From positions 2,219,697 to 2,283,696 of the forward strand of contig CAXXOA010000002.1 of NCBI GenBank assembly GCA_963666275.2: a stretch of DNA of 64,000 nt, written 5' to 3'. The translations under genes and the position numbers were made by a program. Of this stretch, positions 10,981-20,003 are shown piece after piece. The stretch's first letter is position 1, and every line of letters starts with the position of its first letter. The DNA comes from Oceanispirochaeta sp. Lineage in GTDB: Bacteria > Spirochaetota > Spirochaetia > DSM-2461. Under the pieces are notes generated by a model, which ran no database searches, was not told the DNA's origin, and saw only the letters and a list, made by a program, of their open reading frames with translations.

Positions 10981-12486
10981 ATGAATACTTATATAGAAGC
11001 CTTGAAAATAGTTTCCGGATTGCCGGATGATCCGCATGTTAGTAAAGACTTCTCAGGGCTGCTGAGTGATGCCGAATTGTATGAAAAATCTCTTAGGATT
11101 AAAGATGGGGTTATTTTCTTTTCCGTCAGGATCAAAGATAAAGATTATCTGGTTCTGAGTTCCAATAAAAATATACCCTGGAAGTTCGTAGGGGAAAAAA
11201 GTAAGTATAAAGGGGAGATTAGCTTAATCTGTGAAGAAACTGAATCGAATTGCAAGCTTTTACGAATGCTTTTTCCTGATTTAGAGCCAAAACCAGTTGG
11301 TAAGGAAGATTCTACCTTTGGTGTGGGTGATCGTCTCGGGGTTGCAACTGTCGGCCATATCAAGAGTTTTTCCCTTTATCCAAATTTCACACCCATTCTT
11401 GCCCAACAGTCACTGCGTGAACTGGAATTGACTAATAGGTCCTATCGCGATGTCGTGGATGCAGCGATATGGGGCGTGTTTAAAACAGGATACCGGGGTA
11501 AATGGGGTGCAGATGGGGATCATTTAAAGGATACTATATCGGCAAGATCCGCTTTAGAGCAGGGTTGTACTATGATAACCGTCGATTTATCCGATCATTT
11601 AGCTATAGAAGTTTTTGGTTATGACGATAATACTATCCTGGAAAAGTACAAAACACTGGATAAGTCATACAGAGAGAGGATTGAATCGAAGTATCTTTCT
11701 ACACTGAATTATGCATCTGATTTAACTTTTAATTTTACAGAAATTAATTTGGCCAGAATTGCTCTCACATACAAAGGCGCCATTGATTTTGCCAGTATCC
11801 TATACAAAGAGTGTGAAAAAATCCGCAAGGAATTTGATTTTGAAATTTCTGTAGATGAGACTGATTTTGTGACTTCTTTGGAGGCTCATTTCTTTGTCGC
11901 AAATGAACTTAATGTCTTGAATGTATCTTATACCGGTTTGGCTCCACGCTATGTGGGAGAGTTTCAGAAAGGGATAGACTATATCGGTGATGTCAAAGAT
12001 TTTCAGGAAGATTTTAGATGCCATGCCAAACTTGCATCTCTTATGGGACATAAAATTTCAGTTCACTCATCAAGTGATAAATTTTCTGTCTATCCTATTA
12101 TAAAAGAACAGAAAGCAGGCCCCTGTCATTTGAAAACCTCCGGTACGAACTGGTTGGTCGCCCTGCAGGTTATTTCATATTCGGATAAAGGATTGTTTCG
12201 TATGTTATTTAAAAAGGCTTATGCCGTGTATGATATAGCAAAAAGTTATTACCATATTACTCCCAATTTGTTGCTTAGGACTGACATTGATAAATTAAGT
12301 GATGTTGAATTACCTGTTGTATTTTCAAATAATACTGATAGGCAGGTTTTGCATGTTTCTTACGGAGAATTAAAGAAAGATAAGGAGTTGTGGGATAAGT
12401 TTGTGAAAGTCTTAATTGGTAATCAGAAAACATATGACAATCTCTTGGCACATCATATTGGAAAGCATTTATTCTTATTAAGTTGA
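10981..12486 (+). CDS. uxaE: Tagaturonate/fructuronate epimerase
   Basis: FGVGDRLG, LAQQSLRE, GADGDHLK, FEISVDET, GEFQKGIDY, KISVHSSSDKFS and HLKTSGTNWL. Confidence 0.92.
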   Translation: MNTYIEALKIVSGLPDDPHVSKDFSGLLSDAELYEKSLRIKDGVIFFSVRIKDKDYLVLSSNKNIPWKFVGEKSKYKGEISLICEETESNCKLLRMLFPDLEPKPVGKEDSTFGVGDRLGVATVGHIKSFSLYPNFTPILAQQSLRELELTNRSYRDVVDAAIWGVFKTGYRGKWGADGDHLKDTISARSALEQGCTMITVDLSDHLAIEVFGYDDNTILEKYKTLDKSYRERIESKYLSTLNYASDLTFNFTEINLARIALTYKGAIDFASILYKECEKIRKEFDFEISVDETDFVTSLEAHFFVANELNVLNVSYTGLAPRYVGEFQKGIDYIGDVKDFQEDFRCHAKLASLMGHKISVHSSSDKFSVYPIIKEQKAGPCHLKTSGTNWLVALQVISYSDKGLFRMLFKKAYAVYDIAKSYYHITPNLLLRTDIDKLSDVELPVVFSNNTDRQVLHVSYGELKKDKELWDKFVKVLIGNQKTYDNLLAHHIGKHLFLLS

Positions 12487-12580
12487 ATACTACTTAACTC
12501 TGTTCATGGAGGATTTCATGAAGTTACAGATTAAAAAGTATTTAATAAGTTCGCAAGCATATAAAAGGACAGTAAATATG

Positions 12581-12627
12581 ATCTTCATAATAAACTGCTG
12601 CAGTGAGCAGTAGTTTATTATGAAGAT
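12581..12627. repeat. 21-bp inverted repeat (long hairpin, probable terminator)
   Basis: ATCTTCATAATAAACTGCTGC-agtga-GCAGTAGTTTATTATGAAGAT with a single G-U mismatch. Confidence 0.8.
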
Positions 12628-12677
12628 GAGCCTCTTGTTGGTATTCAGCCGTACTCTTGGCTCGGAGGCTTTTTAAC

Positions 12678-12737
12678 TTGACTTTCTAATGTATTACGAT
12701 ATGATGATAATATCGTAATACCGTAATACCGTAATAT
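12678..12737 (+). promoter_or_regulatory. Promoter and operator of the ABC operon
   Basis: TTGACT at 12678-12683 and TATGAT at 12700-12705. A perfect 12-bp IR, GTATTACGATAT-N7-ATATCGTAATAC, spans 12691-12721, and CGTAATAC occurs about three times in tandem. Confidence 0.7.
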
Positions 12738-12797
12738 TGATAAGACGCATGAGAAATGTTGTTACAAGGGAATTTTATGAAAAAAAGGGATGGGGAC

Positions 12798-14294
12798 ATG
12801 AATAAAAGTGTTACTAGTATTCCAATTCTGGAAATGAAGAATATTACAAAGAGATTTCCAGGTGTTTTGGCTCTTTCTGATGTAAGTCTGGAAATTCTTC
12901 CGGGAGAAGTTCACATTTTGATGGGTGAGAACGGTGCAGGCAAGTCTACTCTTATGAAAGTCCTGTCCGGTGCCTATGTCTGTGAGGAAGGTGAGATTTT
13001 CTTTAATCAGAAAAAAATGGAAAAATGGTCACCATCCATATCTCAGAAAAATGGTATAGCAATGGTTTATCAGGAATTTAATTTGGTTCCTTATCGGACA
13101 GTTATTGATAATATGTTTCTGGGACGGGAATTAAAAAAAGGTATGATATTTCTTGAAAAGAAAAAAATGGAAGAAGAAGTCATCAAACTTCTGGATTCTT
13201 TTGGGATTAATCTTGATATCCATAGTTCAGTAGCCAACCTCGGTGTGGCACAGCAGCAGATGGTTGAAATTGCAAAAGCCTTGCTTTTTGATGCAAAGAT
13301 CCTTGTTCTTGATGAACCCACTGCTGCATTGACTTTAAATGAAACCAAGCAATTATTTAGAGCGATAGCGCGGTTGAAATCAAAAGGGGTCGCTATTATT
13401 TACATCTCTCACAGGTTGGAAGAGATTAAGCAGATTGGTGATCGGGTATCTGTGCTCCGTGATGGTAAATATATAGGCACTAATATGGTAGATGATGTGG
13501 AAGTGGAGGATATCGTCCGAATGATGGTAGGCCGGGAAGTTTCCATGATGTATACCAGAAATTATTGTAAGCATGAAACAACAGCTTTAAAAGTAGAAAA
13601 TCTTAATAATTCAAAACTGCAAAATATATGTTTTGAACTGAAGTACGGAGAAATCTTGGGGTTTTCCGGACTTGTAGGTGCTGGTAGAACAGAACTGGCT
13701 CGCGCTATTTTCGGCCTTGATAATCTTTTCTCAGGTGATATTTACATTGACGGTAAAAAAGTCGAGAAATGGAATGCAACAAAAGCAATTGAGAATGGTA
13801 TCGGATATGTCTCAGAGGACAGAAAAGATGAAGGCCTTTTTCTGAATCTGGGTGTTCATCACAATACAACCATATCTTCACTGCATATGATGTTTAAAAA
13901 CGGTCTTATCAATCTAGGAAAAGAAAAAAAATGCACCAGTGAATTTGTTGACAAACTGAAAATCAAGACCCCGAAGGTTACTGCAAAAGTACAGAATCTG
14001 AGCGGAGGTAATCAACAAAAAGTGGTTGTGGGTAAATGGCTGAATACAGAACCGAAAATCCTGATATTTGATGAACCGACCAGAGGGATTGATATTGGTG
14101 CAAAAGTAGAAATCCATTCCCTGATGGACAAACTTGTCAATCAGGGCAATGCTGTAATAATGATTTCATCGGACCTACCCGAAGTAATGGGGATGAGTGA
14201 CCGCATTATGGTTATGGCAGATGGGACAATTAAAAAAGAGTTTTTACCTACAGCAGAACCTGAAGAATTAATCAGCTGTGCAATGGGAGAATAA
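12798..14294 (+). CDS. Sugar ABC transporter ATP-binding protein (RbsA/MglA type)
   Basis: GENGAGKST, LDEPTAAL, LSGGNQQK and DEPTRGID. The start is uncertain (12756, 12777 or 12798). Confidence 0.93.
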   Translation: MNKSVTSIPILEMKNITKRFPGVLALSDVSLEILPGEVHILMGENGAGKSTLMKVLSGAYVCEEGEIFFNQKKMEKWSPSISQKNGIAMVYQEFNLVPYRTVIDNMFLGRELKKGMIFLEKKKMEEEVIKLLDSFGINLDIHSSVANLGVAQQQMVEIAKALLFDAKILVLDEPTAALTLNETKQLFRAIARLKSKGVAIIYISHRLEEIKQIGDRVSVLRDGKYIGTNMVDDVEVEDIVRMMVGREVSMMYTRNYCKHETTALKVENLNNSKLQNICFELKYGEILGFSGLVGAGRTELARAIFGLDNLFSGDIYIDGKKVEKWNATKAIENGIGYVSEDRKDEGLFLNLGVHHNTTISSLHMMFKNGLINLGKEKKCTSEFVDKLKIKTPKVTAKVQNLSGGNQQKVVVGKWLNTEPKILIFDEPTRGIDIGAKVEIHSLMDKLVNQGNAVIMISSDLPEVMGMSDRIMVMADGTIKKEFLPTAEPEELISCAMGE

Positions 14295-14298
14295 TACG

Positions 14299-15264
14299 AT
14301 GCAAGTCAAAAAAGGAATATCAATAAAAAAAACCATAGCGTCTTTTCCTCAGATTTTTTGGGGTATCCTACTCCTGGGATTCGTGTTCTCTGTCCTTTCC
14401 GGGAATTTTCTGACAGGAAGGAATCTTTTAAATATATTACAACAGGGCTCATTCCTGATTGTCATATGCATGGGGGTCATAATTGTTAAGATTATGGGGG
14501 GGATAGAGCTTTCCGTTGGAGGCGTTATGTCACTGGCGGGTATGGTAATGGCCTATACTATCGTAAATTTTCAGTTTTCAATTTTTGGAGGAATCCTTGT
14601 TGCAGTTGTTGTCGGTGCTTTAGCTGGTGGTTTCAATGGAATCTTTGTTGAAAAAATGAATGTGCCATCTTTTATTGCTACCCTTGGAATGCAGTATATA
14701 GCTGTTAGTCTGGCTCTTGTCATCAATGATGGTAATGTTGTTTGGGGGTTACCAGAAGAAGTTTCCGTCATTAGTAAAAGTTCTATTTTGGGGATTCCCT
14801 TTTTAATTTTTATTACCATTTTTGCTGTTTTATTCACGTTCATAATTTTGCACTATACTGTTTTGGGGAGCTATTTTTATGCTATCGGCGGTAATGAAGA
14901 AGCCTTGAAGCTTTCGGGGAAAAAATCCTGGGTATATAAAATTATTGGATATTCCTTAAGTGGTATCTTTGCAGCAATTGCAGGAGTCATGATGACCATA
15001 AGAATGCAGGCTGCCCAGCCTACAATTGGAATAGGAATGGAATTTGAAGCATTTTCAAGTTGTGTTTTGGGAGGGGCTATTGCTGCAGGTAAAGGAGACG
15101 CAATAGGAGCTTTACTCGGTGGCCTTTTTATTATCGTTCTAAGAAGTGGTCTGAACAATATAGGAATTTCAACTTTCTATCAGCTGGCAATTATAGGGAT
15201 GTCTATTATTGTCTCGATAGTTATTACAATATTCCTCAATAAAAAAATGAACGGAATGGTTTAA
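14299..15264 (+). CDS. Sugar ABC transporter permease (RbsC type)
   Basis: GGIELSVG, PSFIATLGM and AIGGNEEA; multiple transmembrane segments. Confidence 0.92.
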   Translation: MQVKKGISIKKTIASFPQIFWGILLLGFVFSVLSGNFLTGRNLLNILQQGSFLIVICMGVIIVKIMGGIELSVGGVMSLAGMVMAYTIVNFQFSIFGGILVAVVVGALAGGFNGIFVEKMNVPSFIATLGMQYIAVSLALVINDGNVVWGLPEEVSVISKSSILGIPFLIFITIFAVLFTFIILHYTVLGSYFYAIGGNEEALKLSGKKSWVYKIIGYSLSGIFAAIAGVMMTIRMQAAQPTIGIGMEFEAFSSCVLGGAIAAGKGDAIGALLGGLFIIVLRSGLNNIGISTFYQLAIIGMSIIVSIVITIFLNKKMNGMV

Positions 15265-15299
15265 GTTTTGGATTTTTAAACAAAAGAAAGAGAGATCGT

Positions 15300-16289
15300 A
15301 TGGAAAACACACTAATAAAAACAGGGAATAATGAGTCCTTGAAAACCGTGGTATTGGGGTATCTTCTGAAGTCATCAAGGGTACTGATACTACTTATTCT
15401 TATGCTGATTCTGACTATTTTATCCCCAAGTTTTGCAAATAAAACAAACTTGATAAATGTATTCAGACAAGCTGTGCCTCAAATAATTCTTGCCCTTGGT
15501 ATGTCTGTTGTTCTTCTGACAGGAGGTATCGATCTCTCTATGGGATCAACGACAACTCTTGCCGCCGTAGTGGTGGCGCATGCAATGAAGAATATGCATT
15601 GTCATTGGATGCTGAGTATTTTAATCGGCTTGGGAGTCGGTGTCCTGATCGGATTGGTCAATGGTCTACTAATTACAAAAACAGACTTACCTTCTCCGGT
15701 TGCAACTTACGGAATGTTATGGGTAGGCAGCGGTCTTGCTTTTGCCGTAATGGGAGCTTTCCCCATTTTCGGTTTTGACGACGCATTCAGGTTCATCGGC
15801 ACGGGGTACATCGGCTGGATGCCTGTGCAAGTTATTATCGTTTTAGTTTTAATTGTTATTTTTGCTTTCTTTCTCAAGTTTACAATCTTCGGAAGAAGGA
15901 TTTATGCAGTAGGGTCGAACTTCCGTGCTGCAACAGCTTCAGGTATTAAAAGCAAAATTGTACTGATAGAGGCATATTTAATAAGTGGTGCTATGGCTGC
16001 CGTTGCAGGAGTTGTTTTATTGTCAAGGCTGAATGCGGCCGATCAGAACTCGGGTGCAGCACTTTTGCTGCCTGCTATAGCAGGACCGGTTATGGGAGGT
16101 ACAAGTATGAAAGGAGGTGAAGGAGGTGTTTGGGGAGCAATCGTTGGATCTTTAATTATTGTCATTATTACAAACGGGATGAATCTGCTGAAAGTGTCTT
16201 CACTATGGCAGCAATTCATTGTCGGATTAACAGTTGTTCTGGCTGTTTGGTTGGATTCAATCCTAAAAAAGAAGTCGGAAAACCGGTAA
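15300..16289 (+). CDS. Sugar ABC transporter permease (RbsC type)
   Basis: GGIDLSMG, FGRRIYAVGSN and GGTSMKGGEG. Confidence 0.92.
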   Translation: MENTLIKTGNNESLKTVVLGYLLKSSRVLILLILMLILTILSPSFANKTNLINVFRQAVPQIILALGMSVVLLTGGIDLSMGSTTTLAAVVVAHAMKNMHCHWMLSILIGLGVGVLIGLVNGLLITKTDLPSPVATYGMLWVGSGLAFAVMGAFPIFGFDDAFRFIGTGYIGWMPVQVIIVLVLIVIFAFFLKFTIFGRRIYAVGSNFRAATASGIKSKIVLIEAYLISGAMAAVAGVVLLSRLNAADQNSGAALLLPAIAGPVMGGTSMKGGEGGVWGAIVGSLIIVIITNGMNLLKVSSLWQQFIVGLTVVLAVWLDSILKKKSENR

Positions 16290-16325
16290 TTTGACCAGTA
16301 AATCTTATGAAATACGAGGGAAAAA

Positions 16326-17279
16326 ATGAAAAAAAGAGTTCTTGTTATGTTAACGGTGTTGTTTATTACTGGCTTTGCATTTTCAGAAGGTTCTCAGGAA
16401 AGTTCAAAATCTAAAAACTCTCTGGAGATCGCTTTTATCAACAAATCCTTTGCTAATCCTTTTTTTGAATATATGAGGCTTGCGGTTGTTGAAATGGCAG
16501 ATGAAGAAGGGTTTACGCTTTCATATCTGGCTCCTACGAAGCCTTACAATCTTGAAGAACAAACAAGGCTGATGGATGATGCTATTGCCAAAGGCGTAGA
16601 CGGAATCGTACTTGTACCAGTAGATAGTTCCGGAATGGTTCCTGTAGTGGAACGGGCCAATCAGGCAGGCGTTCCGGTTGCGATTGTCAACACAAAGATA
16701 AACGGCGGTGATATTGTATCATTCTCAGCAATTGAGAACTACGATGCTATGACGGTGGTAGCAGAGGCCGTCGCCAAAGAATTAGCCGGAAAGGGAAAAG
16801 TTGTTGTCATTGAAGGAACAGCAGGAAACCAAACTGCTGCCGATAGACTAAAGGCAATTGAAGATGTTATAAGTAGAAACCCCGGAATCGAGATCCTTGC
16901 CTCTCAAACAGCTAATTTTGACAGAGCTCAGGGGATGTCTGTTATGGAAAATCTAATTCAAACCTACTCAGAAATTGACGGCGTACTATCCTGTAATGCA
17001 ACAATGGCACTGGGAGCTATAGAGGCGCTTCGTTCAGCTGGAAGACTAAATAATATTGTCATTGCCGGATTCGACATGACTGCGGATGCGGTACAAGCTA
17101 TTATGGATGGGGATATGTTCGTAACAATGGATCAGAATCCTGAAGCCCAGGCAATCAGCGGGGTTAGAGCTGTACTAAATGCTATAAAAGGGATGGAAGT
17201 TGAAAAACAGGTTAAAATAGATGGTGTTCTGATAAATGCATCAAATGTAGATGAATATAAATATGTTCTTGATAATTAA
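16326..17279 (+). CDS. Sugar ABC transporter substrate-binding protein (RbsB type)
   Basis: Signal peptide; NPFF, SQTANFDR, MALGA and GFD. Confidence 0.92.
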   Translation: MKKRVLVMLTVLFITGFAFSEGSQESSKSKNSLEIAFINKSFANPFFEYMRLAVVEMADEEGFTLSYLAPTKPYNLEEQTRLMDDAIAKGVDGIVLVPVDSSGMVPVVERANQAGVPVAIVNTKINGGDIVSFSAIENYDAMTVVAEAVAKELAGKGKVVVIEGTAGNQTAADRLKAIEDVISRNPGIEILASQTANFDRAQGMSVMENLIQTYSEIDGVLSCNATMALGAIEALRSAGRLNNIVIAGFDMTADAVQAIMDGDMFVTMDQNPEAQAISGVRAVLNAIKGMEVEKQVKIDGVLINASNVDEYKYVLDN

Positions 17280-17473
17280 ATAAGTTCATTGAATTGGGAT
17301 AATTTTAATAAAATATTCTGGGCTATTCTTATATGGAATGGCCCAATTTATAGATTTATGATACATATTATTATGAACGATTTCTTTTATTGGCAAGTGG
17401 TACTTATAAAAAAGAAAAGTATTTCTGGCATAGAGTCGTTTGATACTATCAGCATGGTGGAATTATTCTTAGT

Positions 17474-18232
17474 ATGACGGATTTTATTATGTCTTTCGAT
17501 TTGTCGGTAGTACAATGGGTTTTTCTTTTTTTAGGTTCATTCTTAACAGGTGTTGCCCGAACAGGGATTTTCGGCGTAATGCTGTTGGTTGTGCCCTTGT
17601 TATCCTTGAAAATGCCCGGAAAGGAAGCAGCAGGACTAATTCTTCCCCTTATGGTGGCAGGTGATTTTGTAGCTGCTTATGTCTACCGGAAATCGTTTGT
17701 TAAAAAAGCGGTTTTTCAAATACTGCCGTGGCTTGTACTGGGGGTCGCAATCGGTACGATTGTCGGCGGTATTGTATCAAATGAGTTGTTTAATAATCTC
17801 ATGGCAGGAATGACATTTACCTGTGCTGCATTTGTAGTATGGAATGAATACAGGAAGGGCGACCCGGTCAGACTTAAACTCTGGTTCATAATCCTGATCG
17901 GACTATTAAGCGGATTTGCCTCAATGATTGGTAATGCCTCAGGACCGGTTATCACTGTGTATTTCATTGCATTGAATCTGAAAAAAAGGGAATATGTATC
18001 ATCCGTAGTCTGGCTGTTTTGGATTGTGAATATAATCAAGCTCCCGTTCCATGTTTTTGCCTGGCATACCGTAGATTTCAATGTCCTGAAACTTGATCTC
18101 CTATTGTGTCCGGCCCTTATCCTTGGATTAATTAGTGGGGTGTCGTTGATTCGAAAAATCCCGGAAAAACCGTTCAGGGTCGTGATTTTTATAAGTATCC
18201 TTCTTGCAGGGGGGTTGCTCTTAATCCAATAA
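17474..18232 (+). CDS. TauE/SafE (TSUP) family membrane protein
   Basis: About 8 TM segments; LPLMVAGD, GFASMIGNASGP and NIIKLP. Confidence 0.85.
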   Translation: MTDFIMSFDLSVVQWVFLFLGSFLTGVARTGIFGVMLLVVPLLSLKMPGKEAAGLILPLMVAGDFVAAYVYRKSFVKKAVFQILPWLVLGVAIGTIVGGIVSNELFNNLMAGMTFTCAAFVVWNEYRKGDPVRLKLWFIILIGLLSGFASMIGNASGPVITVYFIALNLKKREYVSSVVWLFWIVNIIKLPFHVFAWHTVDFNVLKLDLLLCPALILGLISGVSLIRKIPEKPFRVVIFISILLAGGLLLIQ

Positions 18233-18254
18233 TAATCTAATGATTATAAACAAT

Positions 18255-18662
18255 CAAGGATCTGAAAATAAGGGGGGGGGATATTGTTTCTGATATGTCT
18301 CCTGAAAAGGTCAATAGATTTATACAAATTGCCCTCATTGATGACATCAATCAGTTTGCTGTTTTTCTCTATGACAACTTTCTTTATTCCCCGATTTCAA
18401 GACCAGTTTTATTTTCTCGACTTCCTCTTTTAACTTACTGGTAATCTCTGAAATAAGTGGTTCATCTTTGTGGTAAACCATCAGATACCACAATCCCTGG
18501 TGCTCCATAATAAACCGTAATTCGAGAATGTTTTTTAAATCTTTTTTACGCAAAAGCATGGTCCATGATAAGGCCTCTTGTGAAACATTTGAACTTTTAC
18601 ATACGAAGGTTCCTTCTGGATTCCGTAATTCAATAGTCCCCAGATATTGGAATATTTTTCAT
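18255..18662 (-). pseudogene. Decayed paralog of the 7593..8303 GntR
   Basis: Starts MKNI, then jumps out of frame to IFQYLGTIELRNPEGTF...MLLRKKDLKNILELRFIMEHQGLWYLMVY. A second deletion leads to the C-terminal remnant LIDVINEGNLYKSIDLFRRHIRN. Confidence 0.85.
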
Positions 18663-18761
18663 ATTTTCTATCTACTTATCAATTTATTTATTTAAGATTC
18701 TAGTTGATTCTCACAGCGCAGACAAGCATACCTAGCCGTTTTCACCTTCTATAAGTTTCTC

Positions 18762-18819
18762 TTGACAACCAAATAAACCATGATACTATTGTATTATAAT
18801 CATCATATGGTCAGATGAT
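18762..18819 (+). promoter_or_regulatory. Promoter and operator of the second dehydrogenase/ABC operon
   Basis: TTGACA at 18762-18767, TGaTACTAT at 18781-18789, and CATCATATGGTCAGATGAT at 18801-18819. Confidence 0.75.
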
Positions 18820-18861
18820 GAGACTGATCAGTGTGGGATGGATTTATGGATAGAGGAGGAA

Positions 18862-19926
18862 ATGAGGATGAAAGCAAAAATTGCATTCCTGTATGGACCT
18901 AAAGATCTGAGAGTAGAGGAAGTGGAGGTTCCGAAACTGCAGCCTAATCAGGTTCTTATTAAAACCGGTGCCTGTGGAATTTGCGGTTCCGATGTCGAGT
19001 GTTACGAAGGCGAATCCGCTGAGGGCCGATATGACCTGGGACCTTATACCCCCGGGCATGAATGGGGCGGTGAAATTGTTGAAGTCGGATCAGGATTACG
19101 AAGTACTTTAAAAATCGGGGATAAGGTTACCGGAGATTGCGTTATGGGGTGTGGCGTTTGTGCAAACTGTAAAGACGGTAGAATGCCATCGGCCTGTTTG
19201 AATTTCAGAGAGATCGGATTCCGTCCCGACTCTCCCGGAGGGATGGGTGAGTATATGGTCGTGGAAGAGCAGTATGTTCATAAGATTCCCGATCATTGGA
19301 GCTATGCCGACGGTGCCTGGGTAGAAACCTTTTCCATCGGTTATTACGGTATATGGGGCGGAAATGGTTTTATCGACGCCAGCGATATAGCAATCATCAA
19401 TGGAGCAGGTCCGGTTGGTCTTTCTGCAACCATGGTTGCTGCAACTGCAGGAGCAAAGACGATTGTTATCGATCCGTTGCCATTAAGAAGAGATACGGCA
19501 ATGAAATACGGAGCCGATCTGGTCCTTGATCCAACCGCTGGTGATATTCTCGAACAGGTAATGGATGTTACCAATGGGCACGGTGGCGATGTTTGTGTGG
19601 AGGCTTCTGGCAACGACACAGCGATTGCATCTCTGTTTGATATCTCTGCCCACAGTGCCAGAGTTAGAACGATAGGACATTCTATTGGAAGAAAGGTTCC
19701 TGTTGAAATCGGTAAGACAATTTGGAAAACTCTTGGAATAGAAGGATCGGGTGGTACAAAGGATTTTGGTCAGCGTACGATCAGGTTTATGGATCGAATT
19801 TATGATAAATACGATTTTGCAGCGCTGAATTCCCATCATTTTAATTTTTCTAAGCTTCACGAAGCGATGGATACGGCGATTCATCACAAAGCAGATGCTT
19901 TGAAAGTTATGCTGAACTTCGACTGA
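18862..19926 (+). CDS. Zn-dependent polyol/cyclitol dehydrogenase (MDR family)
   Basis: ACGICGSD, PGHE, CGVCANC...C and GAGPVG; RBS GAGGAGG at 18853. The start may be 18868. Confidence 0.9.
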   Translation: MRMKAKIAFLYGPKDLRVEEVEVPKLQPNQVLIKTGACGICGSDVECYEGESAEGRYDLGPYTPGHEWGGEIVEVGSGLRSTLKIGDKVTGDCVMGCGVCANCKDGRMPSACLNFREIGFRPDSPGGMGEYMVVEEQYVHKIPDHWSYADGAWVETFSIGYYGIWGGNGFIDASDIAIINGAGPVGLSATMVAATAGAKTIVIDPLPLRRDTAMKYGADLVLDPTAGDILEQVMDVTNGHGGDVCVEASGNDTAIASLFDISAHSARVRTIGHSIGRKVPVEIGKTIWKTLGIEGSGGTKDFGQRTIRFMDRIYDKYDFAALNSHHFNFSKLHEAMDTAIHHKADALKVMLNFD

Positions 19927-19948
19927 TAATATATCAATTCCTAATCTG

Positions 19949-19974
19949 ACACGGCAGGAGTTTTCCTGCTGTGT
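19949..19974 (+). terminator. Intergenic stem-loop
   Basis: ACACGGCAGGA-gttt-TCCTGCTGTGT. Confidence 0.55.
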
Positions 19975-20003
19975 ATAGTACTTCTTTTAAAACAGGAAAC
20001 ATT

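Noticed and set aside
17289..17477. 62-aa ORF before the TauE gene
   Set aside because: It has a TTG start without an RBS and overlaps a hairpin (TGGGCTATTC...GAATGGCCCA), so it is likely intergenic.
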